DNA from: Candidatus Limnocylindrales bacterium
GTDB taxonomy: Bacteria; Chloroflexota; Limnocylindria; Limnocylindrales; CSP1-4
NCBI GenBank assembly: GCA_038214375.1
Contig: JBBQRX010000011.1
Span: forward strand, 5,810-69,809
Reading direction: 5' to 3'
DNA length: 64,000 nucleotides
In this document: positions 25,948 to 36,124 of the stretch, piece after piece
How positions within the stretch are numbered: position 1 is the first letter of the stretch
Layout of the letters: each line of letters opens with the position of its first letter
The notes under the pieces: model-generated
The model's database searches: none
What the model was told of the DNA's origin: nothing
The model's input: only the letters and a program-made list of their open reading frames with translations
Program-made: the position numbers and the translations under genes

Positions 25948-27065
25948 CCGCGGTCCCGCGCCCGGCCGACGCGCCGCGCGCGACGCCGCTCCTGTCCCGC
26001 CACGAGGGGCTGGGCGCCCGGATGATCGACTTCGGCGGCTGGCGGATGCCGGTCCAGTACGCCTCGATCCTCGAGGAGCATCGCGCGGTTCGCGAGCGCG
26101 CCGGGATCTTCGACCTGTCCCACATGGGCGAGCTCTTCGTCGAGGGTTCGGAGGCCGGCGCCGCGCTCGCCGGGGCGCTGGTCACCGACCCACCGTCGCT
26201 CGAGGTGGGTCGGGCCCACTACTCCATGATCTGCGCACCCGACGGTGGCGTCATCGACGACCTCATCGTCTACCGTCTGGCCGAGGACCGCTTCCTCGTG
26301 GTGGCGAACGCAGGGAACGCGCCGGCGGTCTCCGACGCCCTCGCAGAGCGCCTCGACGGCAGGCGGGCGATCCTGGACGATCGTTCCCTCGCGACCGCCC
26401 TGGTGGCGGTGCAGGGGCCCGCGGCGCGGAAGATCCTCGGGCCGCTCACCGACGTGGACCTCGCGGCGCTCCGCTACTACGCGATCGCGGAGGGGAGCGT
26501 GGCCGGGATCCCCGCCCTCGTGGCCCGCACCGGGTACACCGGCGAGGACGGCTTCGAGGTCTTCGTGGACGGAGCATCCGCCGGCGAGCTCTGGGACATC
26601 CTCGTCGGGGCGGGCGCGCCCGCGGGCATGCTGCCGATCGGGCTCGGTGCCCGGGACACGCTCCGGCTCGAGGCGGGCATGCCGCTCTACGGGAACGAGC
26701 TCGACCGCGCCACGACGCCCTTCGAAGCCGGCCAGGGTCGCGTCGTGAAGCTGACCAAGGCCGGCGATTTCGTGGGCCGCGATGCCCTCGCGCGCGCCGC
26801 CGAGGCGGGTCCGCGACGTCTGCTGGTCGGCCTCATCGTCCGCGGACGCGGGATCGCGCGGCACGGCTACCCGGTGTGGGCCGGCGACCGGCGCACGGGT
26901 GCGGTCACCTCCGGCACGCAGTCGCCGACCCTGGGCGTGCCGATCGCCATGGCCTACGTCGCCCCGGGCGACGCCGCGATCGGTACGATGCTCGAGGTGG
27001 AGATCCGCGACACGCGGGCCGCCGCGGAGGTGGTCCCGCTCCCGTTCTACAAGCGGGCCAGGTGA
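25944..27065 (+). CDS. gcvT: glycine cleavage system aminomethyltransferase GcvT
   Basis: DFGGWRMPVQY, GIFDLSHMGEL and ARTGYTGEDGFE. Confidence 0.95.
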   Translation: MTAVPRPADAPRATPLLSRHEGLGARMIDFGGWRMPVQYASILEEHRAVRERAGIFDLSHMGELFVEGSEAGAALAGALVTDPPSLEVGRAHYSMICAPDGGVIDDLIVYRLAEDRFLVVANAGNAPAVSDALAERLDGRRAILDDRSLATALVAVQGPAARKILGPLTDVDLAALRYYAIAEGSVAGIPALVARTGYTGEDGFEVFVDGASAGELWDILVGAGAPAGMLPIGLGARDTLRLEAGMPLYGNELDRATTPFEAGQGRVVKLTKAGDFVGRDALARAAEAGPRRLLVGLIVRGRGIARHGYPVWAGDRRTGAVTSGTQSPTLGVPIAMAYVAPGDAAIGTMLEVEIRDTRAAAEVVPLPFYKRAR

Positions 27066-27090
27066 CCCGGAAGCGGGCCAGGTGACCCGG
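27051..27090 (+). repeat. perfect 20-bp tandem duplication (aagcgggccaggtgacccgg x2) spanning the gcvT stop codon
   Basis: Read directly: 27051-27070 is identical to 27071-27090. Confidence 0.95.
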
Positions 27091-27167
27091 CCCGACGCCC
27101 TCGGTGGGCGGGCGACCACGCGACGTTCGCGCGGCAGCGACCGCGTCAGCACGGAGGTTCCAGGCCG

Positions 27168-27548
27168 ATGATCCCGTCCGACCTGCACTACACGAAAGAG
27201 CACGAATGGGTGCGCGTCGAGGGGGACGTCGCGACCGTGGGGATCACCCAGCACGCCGCCGACCAGCTCGGCGACATCGTCTTCGTCGAGCTGCCGGAGC
27301 CCGGCAAGCGGCTGGAGCAGTTCGCGACGTTCGGCGTCGTGGAATCGGTGAAGGCGGTGAGTGACCTCTTCGTGCCGGTGGCCGGCGAGGTCATCGAGAG
27401 CAACGCGGCGCTTCTCGCGACGCCCGAAGTGGTCAACGGCGACCCGTACGGGTCCGGCTGGCTGCTGCGCGTCCGGCTCTCCGACCCCGCGCAGTTGGAC
27501 AAGCTCCTCGACGCAGCCGCCTACGAGGCGCTGACCGCGGAGGACTGA
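27168..27548 (+). CDS. gcvH: glycine cleavage system H protein (lipoyl carrier)
   Basis: [16 protein letters not shown] and lipoyl-lysine context [18 protein letters not shown] upstream. Confidence 0.95.
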   Translation: MIPSDLHYTKEHEWVRVEGDVATVGITQHAADQLGDIVFVELPEPGKRLEQFATFGVVESVKAVSDLFVPVAGEVIESNAALLATPEVVNGDPYGSGWLLRVRLSDPAQLDKLLDAAAYEALTAED

Positions 27549-27552
27549 TCCG

Positions 27553-28959
27553 ATGGTGTACGGGCCCCACACGCCGGACGACCGGTCCCGGATGCTGGCC
27601 GCGCTCGGGATCGGCTCCGTGGACGAGCTCTTCGCGGTCATCCCGCCGGGGGTCCGGGCCCGCCCGATGCACCTTCCGCCGGGGCTCACCGAGCTCGAGC
27701 TGATGGCTCGGCTGCGGACCCTGGCGGGGCACAACCGCGTCGATCTCGCCAGCTTCCTGGGCGCAGGCGTCTACCGCCATCACCTGCCGCCCGTGGTGGA
27801 CCAGATCCTCCTCCGCGGCGAGTTCTACACGGCCTACACGCCGTACCAGCCCGAGATCAGCCAGGGGACCCTCCAGACGATCTACGAGTACCAGTCGCTC
27901 CTCGCCGAGCTGACGGGCCTCGACGTCGTCTCCGCCTCGCACTACGACGGGGCGACCGCCACGGCCGAGGCTGCGCTCATGACCTGCCGGGCGACTCGCC
28001 GCGACCGGGTGCTCGTCTCGCGCGGGATCCATCCGCAGTCCCGTCAGACACTCGCCACCTACTTCGCCGGGGCGAACCTCGCGTTCGACGAGGTGCCGCT
28101 CGTCGCCGACGGACCGGCGGCCGGCACGACGGACCTGGCCGCCCTGGCGCGGCTCCTCGACGATCCTGCTCGGCCGGTCGCGGGCGTCGTGGCGGGCCAG
28201 CCGAACTTCCTGGGCCTGCTCGAGCCGATGCCGGAGATCGGCCGGCTCGCGCACGCGGCCGGCGCGCTGTTCGTCGCGGTCGTGGAGCCCGTGTCGCTCG
28301 CCGTGCTCGCGCCGCCCGGCGCCTACGAGGCCGACATCGCGGCAGGGGAGGGTCAGCCTCTCGGGATCCCGCCGCAATACGGCGGCCCCTATCTCGGGAT
28401 CCTCGCCTGCCGGGAGTCGCTGCTCCGCCAGATCCCCGGCCGCCTCATCGGCATGACCAGCGACGCGGACGGACGGCGCGCCTACGTGATGACGATGCGG
28501 GCCCGCGAGCAGGACATCCGCCGCGAGAGGGCGGCCAGCAACATCTGCACGAACCAGGCGCTCTGCGCGCTCGCAGCCGCCGTCTACGTCGCGGCGCTCG
28601 GGCCGGGCGGGCTCGGGGACGTGGCAGCGACGGGCGCCGCCCGCGCCGCCGAGCTGGCCGCAGCGCTCGCCGACTCCGGTGCGCCCCGCCTGCACCCGGG
28701 CCCCTACCTGAACGAGTTCGCGATCCGCGTGCCCGATGCAGTCGCCGTCCACCGTCGGCTCCTCCACCGCGGGATCCTGGCCGGGATCCCGCTCGCCGAG
28801 CTGGAGCCGGGCGATCCGTCCCTCGCGGACGGCCTGCTCGTGTGCGCCACCGAGTGCACCACGGCCGAGGAGATCGAGCTGTTCGCCTGGGCCCTCCGCG
28901 ACGAGCTGGGCGTCCGCACGGGAGTCCCGGTGGCCGTCAGCGGGGAGGCGCGCCGATGA
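27553..28959 (+). CDS. gcvPA: glycine dehydrogenase (decarboxylating) subunit 1
   Basis: 468 aa with [14 protein letters not shown]. Split P-protein architecture. Confidence 0.93.
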   Translation: MVYGPHTPDDRSRMLAALGIGSVDELFAVIPPGVRARPMHLPPGLTELELMARLRTLAGHNRVDLASFLGAGVYRHHLPPVVDQILLRGEFYTAYTPYQPEISQGTLQTIYEYQSLLAELTGLDVVSASHYDGATATAEAALMTCRATRRDRVLVSRGIHPQSRQTLATYFAGANLAFDEVPLVADGPAAGTTDLAALARLLDDPARPVAGVVAGQPNFLGLLEPMPEIGRLAHAAGALFVAVVEPVSLAVLAPPGAYEADIAAGEGQPLGIPPQYGGPYLGILACRESLLRQIPGRLIGMTSDADGRRAYVMTMRAREQDIRRERAASNICTNQALCALAAAVYVAALGPGGLGDVAATGAARAAELAAALADSGAPRLHPGPYLNEFAIRVPDAVAVHRRLLHRGILAGIPLAELEPGDPSLADGLLVCATECTTAEEIELFAWALRDELGVRTGVPVAVSGEARR

Positions 28960-30464
28960 GCGTCACCGGACGGAAGCTGCAGCCCACCCTGTTCGAGCTG
29001 TCCGGCCCGGGCCGCGCCGCCGGCCGCCGGATTCCGGTGCCACCCGCCGACGCCCTCGACCGGCTCCCGGCGGAGGCTCTCCGGACGGAGCCGCCCGCGC
29101 TCCCCGAGATCGACGAGGCGTCGCTCGTCCGCCACTACGTCAACCTCTCGCAACTCAACTGGGGCGTGGACACCGGGTTCTACCCGCTCGGGTCGTGCAC
29201 CATGAAGTACAACCCGAAGGTCAACGAATGGGCGGCCCGGCTGCCGGGCTTCGCCGGGCTCCACCCGCTCGCGCCCGACGAGACCGCCCAGGGCACGCTC
29301 GAGCTTCTCTGGGAGCTGGAGCAGGACCTCGCCGAGATCAGCGGGATGGACGCCGTGACGCTGCAGCCCGCGGCCGGCGCGCAGGGTGAGCTGACGGGGA
29401 TCCTGGTTGTGCGCGCCTACCACCGGGCGCGTGGCGACCTGGAGCGGACCGAGGTCCTGATCCCGGACTCGGCGCACGGCACGAACCCCGCCACGGCGTC
29501 GATGGCCGGCTTCCGGACCGTGAACATCCCATCGGCCGCGGACGGCGGCGTGGACCTCGAGGCGTTCCGGGCCGCGCTCGGTCCGCGCACCGCTGCGATC
29601 ATGATCACCAACCCGTCGACGCTCGGGCTCTTCGAGCGCCGCATCGTCGAGCTGATCGAGCTGGTCCACGCGGCCGGAGCGCTTGCCTACATGGACGGCG
29701 CCAATCTCAATGCGATCCTCGGCCGCTACCGGCCCGGGGAGGCGGGCTTCGACGTCATGCACTTCAACGTCCACAAGACCTTCTCGACGCCACACGGCGG
29801 CGGCGGCCCGGGGGCCGGGCCGGTCGGCGTGCGCGCACTCCTCATCCCGTTCCTGCCGGCGCCGCGCGTGCTCCGGGAGCCGGACGGGACCTTCCGGCTG
29901 GAGCGGCCCGGGGAGCGTCCCGCCAGCATCGGCCGTGTGCGCGGCCACGTCGGCAACGCCGGAATCCTCGTCCGCGCGTGGGCGTACATCCGGGCCCATG
30001 GCGCCGACGGGCTGCGCGAAGTCAGCGACGACGCGGTGCTCGCGGCCAACTACCTCCGCTTCCGGCTGGAGGCGGATGGCACCTGGGAGATCCCGTACCC
30101 CGGGCCGTGCGCCCACGAGTTCATCGCATCCGGCGCGGGCCTCAAGCGCGCCACCGGCGTCCGCACCCTGGACGTCGCGAAACGGCTCATCGACAAGGGG
30201 TACCACCCACCGACGATCTACTTCCCGCACACGGTCGACGAGGCGATGCTCATCGAGCCGACCGAGACGGAGCGGGTCGAGACGCTCGATGCGTTCGCCG
30301 ATGCGCTCGTGGAGATCGCGCGCGAGGCACACGAGACGCCCGAGCTGGTCACCAGCGCGCCCCACACGGCCCCTGTCCGCCGGCTCGATGAGGCGACCGC
30401 CGCCCGGCAGCCGAACCTGCGATGGCGGCCCGCGGCCCCGGTCGCCCCGTCGCAGGCGGGCTGA
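28956..30464 (+). CDS. gcvPB: glycine dehydrogenase (decarboxylating) subunit 2
   Basis: ATG 28956 overlaps the gcvPA stop (ATGA). GSCTMKYNP and PLP-lysine region [18 protein letters not shown]. Confidence 0.93.
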   Translation: MSVTGRKLQPTLFELSGPGRAAGRRIPVPPADALDRLPAEALRTEPPALPEIDEASLVRHYVNLSQLNWGVDTGFYPLGSCTMKYNPKVNEWAARLPGFAGLHPLAPDETAQGTLELLWELEQDLAEISGMDAVTLQPAAGAQGELTGILVVRAYHRARGDLERTEVLIPDSAHGTNPATASMAGFRTVNIPSAADGGVDLEAFRAALGPRTAAIMITNPSTLGLFERRIVELIELVHAAGALAYMDGANLNAILGRYRPGEAGFDVMHFNVHKTFSTPHGGGGPGAGPVGVRALLIPFLPAPRVLREPDGTFRLERPGERPASIGRVRGHVGNAGILVRAWAYIRAHGADGLREVSDDAVLAANYLRFRLEADGTWEIPYPGPCAHEFIASGAGLKRATGVRTLDVAKRLIDKGYHPPTIYFPHTVDEAMLIEPTETERVETLDAFADALVEIAREAHETPELVTSAPHTAPVRRLDEATAARQPNLRWRPAAPVAPSQAG

Positions 30465-30485
30465 GCCATTTGCGGCCTCGTGAGG

Positions 30486-30511
30486 TGAACCTGCCGTGCC
30501 TCCCCGGCGTA
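30486..30511 (+). promoter_or_regulatory. candidate ECF-type promoter TGAACC-N16-CGTA
   Basis: Matches the AAC-N16/17-CGT architecture of autoregulated ECF promoters. Lies about 60 nt upstream of the sigma-factor ATG. Confidence 0.35.
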
Positions 30512-30571
30512 GATAGGCGTGACGGGAGCGTCCGGGAAGGACCGGACGATCCCGGGCTATCGCGTGGGCCA

Positions 30572-31210
30572 ATGACGATCGATCAGCCGGAAGGCGCGGA
30601 GCGCCGGCCGGACCCCGCCGAGGCGGCCCTCCTGCGGAGGATTCACGATGACGATCTCGACGCGTTCGGGGCGTTCTTCGAGCGCTATCGCGGACCGATC
30701 TTCGCCACGGCCTACGCGCTGCTCGGTGAGCGCCAGGCCGCCGAGGAGGTCCTCCAGGACACGTTCGCGAAGGCCTACGAATGGCGCAGGCGCCTGCACC
30801 CCGACGCGAGCCCGCTGCCGTGGCTGCACCGGGTGGCACTGAACTTCTGCTACACGCGACTTGCCCGGCGACGCCTCCCCTGGGAGCCGATCACCGAGGC
30901 GATGGCCCACTTCCTCTTCGACCATGCCGCAGAGCCCGCCGATCGCGCCGAGCTGGCCGAGCTGCGCGAGATCGTGCGCGACGGGATCGCCGCGCTGCCG
31001 GCCAAGCACCAGGCGGTCATCGTGCTCTTCTACCTTCGGGGCCGGTCGATCACCGAGACCGCCGACATCCTCGGCATCCCGTCGGGGACCGTGAAGTCGC
31101 GGCTCCACTTCGGGCTGCGCTCCCTCCGCGGACGCCTCGAGGAGGACCGCCGCTTTGGAGGCGCCTACCGGCCGCTCGCGGCCGATCTCGCCCCGGAGCC
31201 CGACCGGTGA
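30572..31210 (+). CDS. ECF-subfamily RNA polymerase sigma-70 factor
   Basis: 212 aa. Region 2 (FFERYRGPIFATAYALLG..DTFAKAYEW) and region 4 HTH (LPAKHQAVIVLFYLRGRSITETADILGIPSGTVKSRLHFGL). Confidence 0.85.
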   Translation: MTIDQPEGAERRPDPAEAALLRRIHDDDLDAFGAFFERYRGPIFATAYALLGERQAAEEVLQDTFAKAYEWRRRLHPDASPLPWLHRVALNFCYTRLARRRLPWEPITEAMAHFLFDHAAEPADRAELAELREIVRDGIAALPAKHQAVIVLFYLRGRSITETADILGIPSGTVKSRLHFGLRSLRGRLEEDRRFGGAYRPLAADLAPEPDR

Positions 31211-31869
31211 TGCTGCGCGCGCGCCGGGAGCACGTGTGCACGACCCACCGCGACGCCCTCATCGAGTTCGCATCCCAGCGCGAGACGGGCCCCGCGGTCC
31301 GCCGCGCCCTCGATCACCTGGATCGATGCCGCGCGTGCGAGTCGGACCTCGCGACGACGACGCTCGTCATCCACGCCCTGTCCCGGCTCCACGAGCAGGC
31401 GAGCTGGGCCGAGCCCGCGCCGGATGCCTGGCCGCGGCTGCGGGTGCGCCTCGTGACCAGGCGCCCTGCGCAGTCGCACTTCCTCTCGTCCCTGGTACCC
31501 GGGGCGGCGCTGGCCCTCGTGCTCGTCATCGCACTCGGCAACCTCCCGGCGCTGCGCGGGACGCCCCCCGTGCTCGACGACGGGTCGGGCGTCACCCTCA
31601 GGCACGCGTCGGTCGACGACGCGTGGCGACGCGAGGCCGGCTCGACTGACGCGACCGCGGCCCGCGCCGTGGCGCCGCTGACGTGGCGAGCGCAGGGCCT
31701 TCCACGACCGCCGGTGCTGCCCGTCGGGCCACGGCCCGTCGATACGGGTGTTCTCACCGGCGGCCGGTCGGCCGCCGTTCAGCCGGCTGCCGTCCAGCCG
31801 GCCCCACTCGACCCTGCCAGCCCGTTGGACGATGGAGCGCCGCCCGCGGCGCAGATGCGATGGAGGTGA
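31207..31869 (+). CDS. putative zinc-finger (zf-HC2) anti-sigma factor, single TM
   Basis: GTG 31207/ATG 31210 overlaps the sigma stop. H-x3-C-x2-C motif HLDRCRACESDL. TM SSLVPGAALALVLVIALGNL. Pro/Ala-rich extracytoplasmic tail. Confidence 0.65.
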   Translation: MMLRARREHVCTTHRDALIEFASQRETGPAVRRALDHLDRCRACESDLATTTLVIHALSRLHEQASWAEPAPDAWPRLRVRLVTRRPAQSHFLSSLVPGAALALVLVIALGNLPALRGTPPVLDDGSGVTLRHASVDDAWRREAGSTDATAARAVAPLTWRAQGLPRPPVLPVGPRPVDTGVLTGGRSAAVQPAAVQPAPLDPASPLDDGAPPAAQMRWR

Positions 31870-31887
31870 CTCGCCGAATGCCGTGCG

Positions 31888-31918
31888 TTGACAGTCGTTC
31901 TCGCGAGCGACGTATAAT
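31888..31918 (+). promoter_or_regulatory. consensus sigma70 promoter TTGACA-N19-TATAAT upstream of the first Opp/Dpp-type operon
   Basis: Both hexamers are perfect (31888-31893 and 31913-31918). The spacer contains the near-palindrome GTCGTTCTCG/CGAGCGAC centred on TCGCGA. It implies a leader of about 110 nt before ATG 32033. Confidence 0.55.
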
Positions 31919-32032
31919 CGCGGCTCGCGTGCTCCGGCAGGCGTGTTCGTGCACGCGCGCAAACGGAGCAGTTCCGGGAGGAGAACGGAGCCCCGACCTG
32001 GGGCCCGTTGTGGATCACAGGAGGTGTCTCGC

Positions 32033-34069
32033 ATGAGTCTTCGGACTCGAAACGTGATGGGGTTGCTGGCCGCGGTCGCGATCGTCGTGAGCGCGTGCGG
32101 CAATGCCGCATCACCCTCAGCAGCGCCCAGCCAGGCGGCCTCGGCCGCCCCGAGCGCAGGTGCCTCGGCTGCGCCGAGCGCGGATGCTTCCGCTGCGCCG
32201 AGCCCGTCGGCCGCCGGGGCCGCGTCGGCAGACTTCCGGTTCGCCCTCGACGGCGAGCCCACCTACTTCTCGCCGTCAGCGAACGACCTGCCGTCGTCCT
32301 GGATCGAGACGTTCATGTTCACGGCCCTCTACAAGGCCAACAACAAGGGCGACGTCGTGCCCGACCTCGCGACCGCGGCTCCCGAGATCAGTGCCGATGG
32401 CCTGACCTGGACCATCAAGATGCGCACCGACGCGACGTGGCAGGACGGCTCGCCAATCACTTCGGCGGACGCGCTCTTCACGTTCCAGATCGCGCTGTCG
32501 GACAAGTGCTCGTTCAACCCGACGACCTGTTCGACCTGGCACGACAACGTCGCCTCCGTCAAGGCGCCGGATGCGACGACCCTCGTCGTCGTGCTCAAGG
32601 AGAAGTACGCCCCGTTCTACCTGCTCGGGCTTGCCTCGAGCTTCGTCGTCCCGAAGGCCTACACGGAGGCCTCCTACCAGAAGTTCGTCGCCGGCTCCGC
32701 TTCCGTTGATGCCGCCGGCGTCAAGACGCTCGTCGACAAGATCCAGGCGGGCCAGGGTGACAAGGCCTGTGGCGCGGCGACGCCACCCGACACCTGCAAC
32801 TCGTCCAACTACGCCGCGGACATGGAAGCCGCGCTGACCAAGGCCGGCGTCACGCTCCCGGACAAGAACCGGTACCTGGACGACAAGGGCCAGGTTGACC
32901 CGGCCGGCTACGGCGACGCCCTCCTCACGCTGGTCACCGACCTCAACACCACCCTGCAGGCCGGTGAGACGGACAAGATCGCGGCGGCATATCGCCTTCT
33001 CGACCTGAACCTCAAGCCGATCGGCAGCGGCCCGTACAAGCTCGGCAGCTACCAGCCCGGCCAGAGCGTGGAGCTCGACCGGTACGAGAAGTACTACTCG
33101 TTCGTTCCCGGCCCGGCCAAGATCTTGATCCCGATCATCAAGGACGCCGCGGCGGCCTCGCAGGCGCTCGCGTCGAACCAGATCGACTGGCAGACGGAAG
33201 TGACCTCGTCCGACGCGCTCGCGTCGCTCAAGACGAACTCCAGCGTCAAGCTCTCCGAGTTCCCGGACCTTGGCTACTACTTCATCGCCTTCAACGTCCG
33301 GCCCGGCCACGTCTTCTCGGACGTCGTCGCCCGCCAGGCGTTCACGATGTGCATCGACCAGGCAGCGACCGTGAAGGCCGCGACCGAGAGCAACGGCACG
33401 CCGGTCAAGGCGCAGGTCCCGCCCGGCTCGTTCTTCTACAACCCCGACGTCCCCGACTACAAGCTCGATGTCGCGGGCGCGAAGGCGCTGCTCGAGAAGA
33501 ACGGCTACACGCTCAACGGCGGCACCTATGAGAAGGCCGGGGTCAAGCTCGCGGTGGACCTCTTCGTTCGCCAGGGCCGCCCGCAGCGCGTCCAGTTCGC
33601 GCAGCTGGCCAAGGATCAGCTCTCGAAGTGCGGCATCACCATCAACGTCAAGGAGGCCGACTTCGCGACGGTGCTCCTCCCGCTCCTGAGCTTCCCGAAC
33701 AAGTTCGACGCGTACCTGGGCGGCTGGGCCAACCTGCTCGACCCCGAAGACTCGAACATCTTCGGCTGCAGCCACGTCACCACCAAGGCAAACCCCGACG
33801 ACAACAACTTCACGGGTTTCTGCGACCCGAAGGTCGACGCCCTGCTCGCGCAGGGCAAGGCGGAGACCGACCGGACGAAGCGCAAGGCCATCCTGGCCGA
33901 CCTCCAGCTCTACATGCACGACAACGGCCCGTACTACTTCCTGTGGGCGGACATCGCTCACCGGGGCTACAGCACCAAGGTGGACACGAACGGCGCCGAG
34001 GGCCCGATCGACTACACCACCTTCTACGACTTCTGGAACAACGACTCCTGGATCGTCAAGCAGCAGTAG
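32033..34069 (+). CDS. ABC transporter substrate-binding lipoprotein, family 5 (peptide/nickel, OppA/DppA-like)
   Basis: AGGAGG SD. Lipobox AIVVSACGN, an Ala/Ser/Pro linker and a family-5 SBP body (..KPIGSGPYKL..). 678 aa, with four spaced Cys pairs. Confidence 0.9.
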   Translation: MSLRTRNVMGLLAAVAIVVSACGNAASPSAAPSQAASAAPSAGASAAPSADASAAPSPSAAGAASADFRFALDGEPTYFSPSANDLPSSWIETFMFTALYKANNKGDVVPDLATAAPEISADGLTWTIKMRTDATWQDGSPITSADALFTFQIALSDKCSFNPTTCSTWHDNVASVKAPDATTLVVVLKEKYAPFYLLGLASSFVVPKAYTEASYQKFVAGSASVDAAGVKTLVDKIQAGQGDKACGAATPPDTCNSSNYAADMEAALTKAGVTLPDKNRYLDDKGQVDPAGYGDALLTLVTDLNTTLQAGETDKIAAAYRLLDLNLKPIGSGPYKLGSYQPGQSVELDRYEKYYSFVPGPAKILIPIIKDAAAASQALASNQIDWQTEVTSSDALASLKTNSSVKLSEFPDLGYYFIAFNVRPGHVFSDVVARQAFTMCIDQAATVKAATESNGTPVKAQVPPGSFFYNPDVPDYKLDVAGAKALLEKNGYTLNGGTYEKAGVKLAVDLFVRQGRPQRVQFAQLAKDQLSKCGITINVKEADFATVLLPLLSFPNKFDAYLGGWANLLDPEDSNIFGCSHVTTKANPDDNNFTGFCDPKVDALLAQGKAETDRTKRKAILADLQLYMHDNGPYYFLWADIAHRGYSTKVDTNGAEGPIDYTTFYDFWNNDSWIVKQQ

Positions 34070-34104
34070 CAGAGAGCTTGCCGGCTCGGGTAACCGGTCC
34101 GGCC

Positions 34105-34138
34105 CGAAGAGGCGGCGGCACGCTCCGCCGCCTCTTCG
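34105..34138 (+). terminator. strong intra-operon hairpin after the SBP gene (attenuator/stabiliser)
   Basis: 14-bp perfect stem CGAAGAGGCGGCGG / CCGCCGCCTCTTCG with loop CACGCT, in the 141-nt SBP-permease gap. No clear U-tract. Confidence 0.5.
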
Positions 34139-34210
34139 CAATCCATTCGGCGCCCGGTACCGGCGGCAGACCCACTCGGGCCCGCCGGGGCCGCCCCCCC
34201 CAGGTGACGC

Positions 34211-35170
34211 ATGGCGATCTATGTCCTCCGCCGCATCCTCCAGGCCATCCCGGTCCTCTTCCTGATCGCGGTCGGCGCGTTCTTCATCGTGCGGCTCGCG
34301 CCGGGCTCCCCGGTTGACAAGTTCCGGGGCGGCCGGGTTTCCCCGGAGGTGATCGCCAACATCATCAAGCTCTACCAGCTCGACCAGCCGCTGCCACAGC
34401 AGCTCTGGAGCTGGATCACCACGTTCCCGCAGATCTGGCGCATCGACGCCTGGGGCTACTCGTTCACCGACGGCAAGCCCGTCCTGCAGACGATCGCGTC
34501 GCGGGTGCCCCTGACGATGCTGCTCATGGGCACCGACCTGCTCGTCACGGCGGTCGTCGCGATCCCGCTCGGGATCCTCGGTGCCGTTCGCCAGTACAGC
34601 CTTGCCGACAAGACGATCACGGTGCTGGCCACGATCGGCTACGCGATGCCGACGTTCTGGCTCGGCTTCATCATCCGCACCGTCTTCGGGGCGCAGCTTC
34701 GCTGGTTCCCGCTCTTCGGGGCATACACGCTCGGCGGTGATCAGAGCCCCCTCGACCTGCTCTGGCACCTCGTGCTCCCGGCTAGCACGCTCATCGTCGT
34801 GTCGGTCGCCGGTTGGAGCCGCTACATGCGTTCGTCGATGCTCGAGGTACTCCGCCAGGACTACATCCGGACCGCGAGGGCGAAGGGCCTTGCCTCGTCC
34901 CGCGTCCTGTACAAGCACGCGCTCCGGAACGCCCTCATCCCCATCGTGACCCTGTTCGGGCTCTCCATCCCGATCCTCCTCGCGGGCGCCGCGGTCACCG
35001 AGACGGTCTTCTCCTGGCCCGGCCTTGGCTACCTGGGCGTGCAGGCGGTCATCACGCGTGACTACCCGACGGTCCTCGCCTTCGTGATGGTGGGCGGAAT
35101 CATGGTCATCCTCGGGAACCTGCTGGCAGATATCCTGTACGCGGCAGTCGATCCGCGGATCAAGTACTGA
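34211..35170 (+). CDS. ABC transporter permease (OppB/DppB-like)
   Basis: 319 aa, 6 TM, with EAA-loop IRTARAKGLASSRVLYKHALRNALIP. Confidence 0.9.
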   Translation: MAIYVLRRILQAIPVLFLIAVGAFFIVRLAPGSPVDKFRGGRVSPEVIANIIKLYQLDQPLPQQLWSWITTFPQIWRIDAWGYSFTDGKPVLQTIASRVPLTMLLMGTDLLVTAVVAIPLGILGAVRQYSLADKTITVLATIGYAMPTFWLGFIIRTVFGAQLRWFPLFGAYTLGGDQSPLDLLWHLVLPASTLIVVSVAGWSRYMRSSMLEVLRQDYIRTARAKGLASSRVLYKHALRNALIPIVTLFGLSIPILLAGAAVTETVFSWPGLGYLGVQAVITRDYPTVLAFVMVGGIMVILGNLLADILYAAVDPRIKY

Positions 35171-35179
35171 GCCGGGGCC

Positions 35180-36121
35180 ATGGACCACACCGAGCTTCTC
35201 CCCCTCACCACGGACGCCGCGGGCGAGCGACGCGCGGCAGCCGAGATCGACGAGGTCGATCTCACGCCCGTCCGGACCTACTGGCAGCTGGTCCGGCGGC
35301 GCTTCCTGCAGCACCGCCTGGCGACGATCGCCCTGTTCCTGATGGCCATCCTGGTGACCGCCGCCGTCGTGATCCCCCTCGCGACCGGGGACGCGTTCGG
35401 CCGCACCGACCTGACCCTGATCAACCATCCGCCCAGCCTCATCGCGCCCCTTGGCTACGACAACATCGGGATCAACATCTTCATCCGGCTGATGGCCGCG
35501 CTCCAGACATCGCTGATGGTCGGCTTCATGGCCGTCACGATCATCGTGGTCGTGGGCGTGTCCGTTGGCGCGATCGCCGGGTACGTGGGCGGCGTGGTGG
35601 ACAACCTGCTGATGCGGCTCGTCGACGTCGTCCTGTCGGTGCCGAGCTTCTTCCTGATCGTCATGCTCGTCGCGTTCTTCCAGACCGGGAACATGTGGGT
35701 CGTCGTCATCGCCATCGGGGTCACGGGATGGACGACCGCCGCGCGCCTCGTGCGCGGGGAGTTCCTGGCGTTGCGCGAGGCGGATTTCGTGCAGGCGGCG
35801 CGGGCGCTCGGCGTGGGGCACCGGCGGATCATCCTCAACCACATGCTGCCGGCTGCGCTCGCACCGGTGATCGTCGCCGGCACGCTCGGGATCGCCGACT
35901 CCGTCGTGGTCGAGGCGACCCTGTCGTTCCTGGGCTTCGGGATCCAGCCGCCAAATGCGAGCCTGGGCAACATGCTGACCCATGCGCAGGACTACGTGTT
36001 CCGCAACCCGATCCTGATCTACTACCCGGGCGTGCTGCTCGTCCTCGTCGTGCTGGCCGCGAGCTTCCTCGGCGACGGCCTCCGCGACGCGCTCGACCCG
36101 CGCCAGCGCCTCGAGGCCTGA
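35180..36121 (+). CDS. ABC transporter permease (OppC/DppC-like)
   Basis: 313 aa with FVQAARALGVGHRRIILNHMLPAALAPV. Confidence 0.9.
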   Translation: MDHTELLPLTTDAAGERRAAAEIDEVDLTPVRTYWQLVRRRFLQHRLATIALFLMAILVTAAVVIPLATGDAFGRTDLTLINHPPSLIAPLGYDNIGINIFIRLMAALQTSLMVGFMAVTIIVVVGVSVGAIAGYVGGVVDNLLMRLVDVVLSVPSFFLIVMLVAFFQTGNMWVVVIAIGVTGWTTAARLVRGEFLALREADFVQAARALGVGHRRIILNHMLPAALAPVIVAGTLGIADSVVVEATLSFLGFGIQPPNASLGNMLTHAQDYVFRNPILIYYPGVLLVLVVLAASFLGDGLRDALDPRQRLEA

Positions 36122-36124
36122 TCG

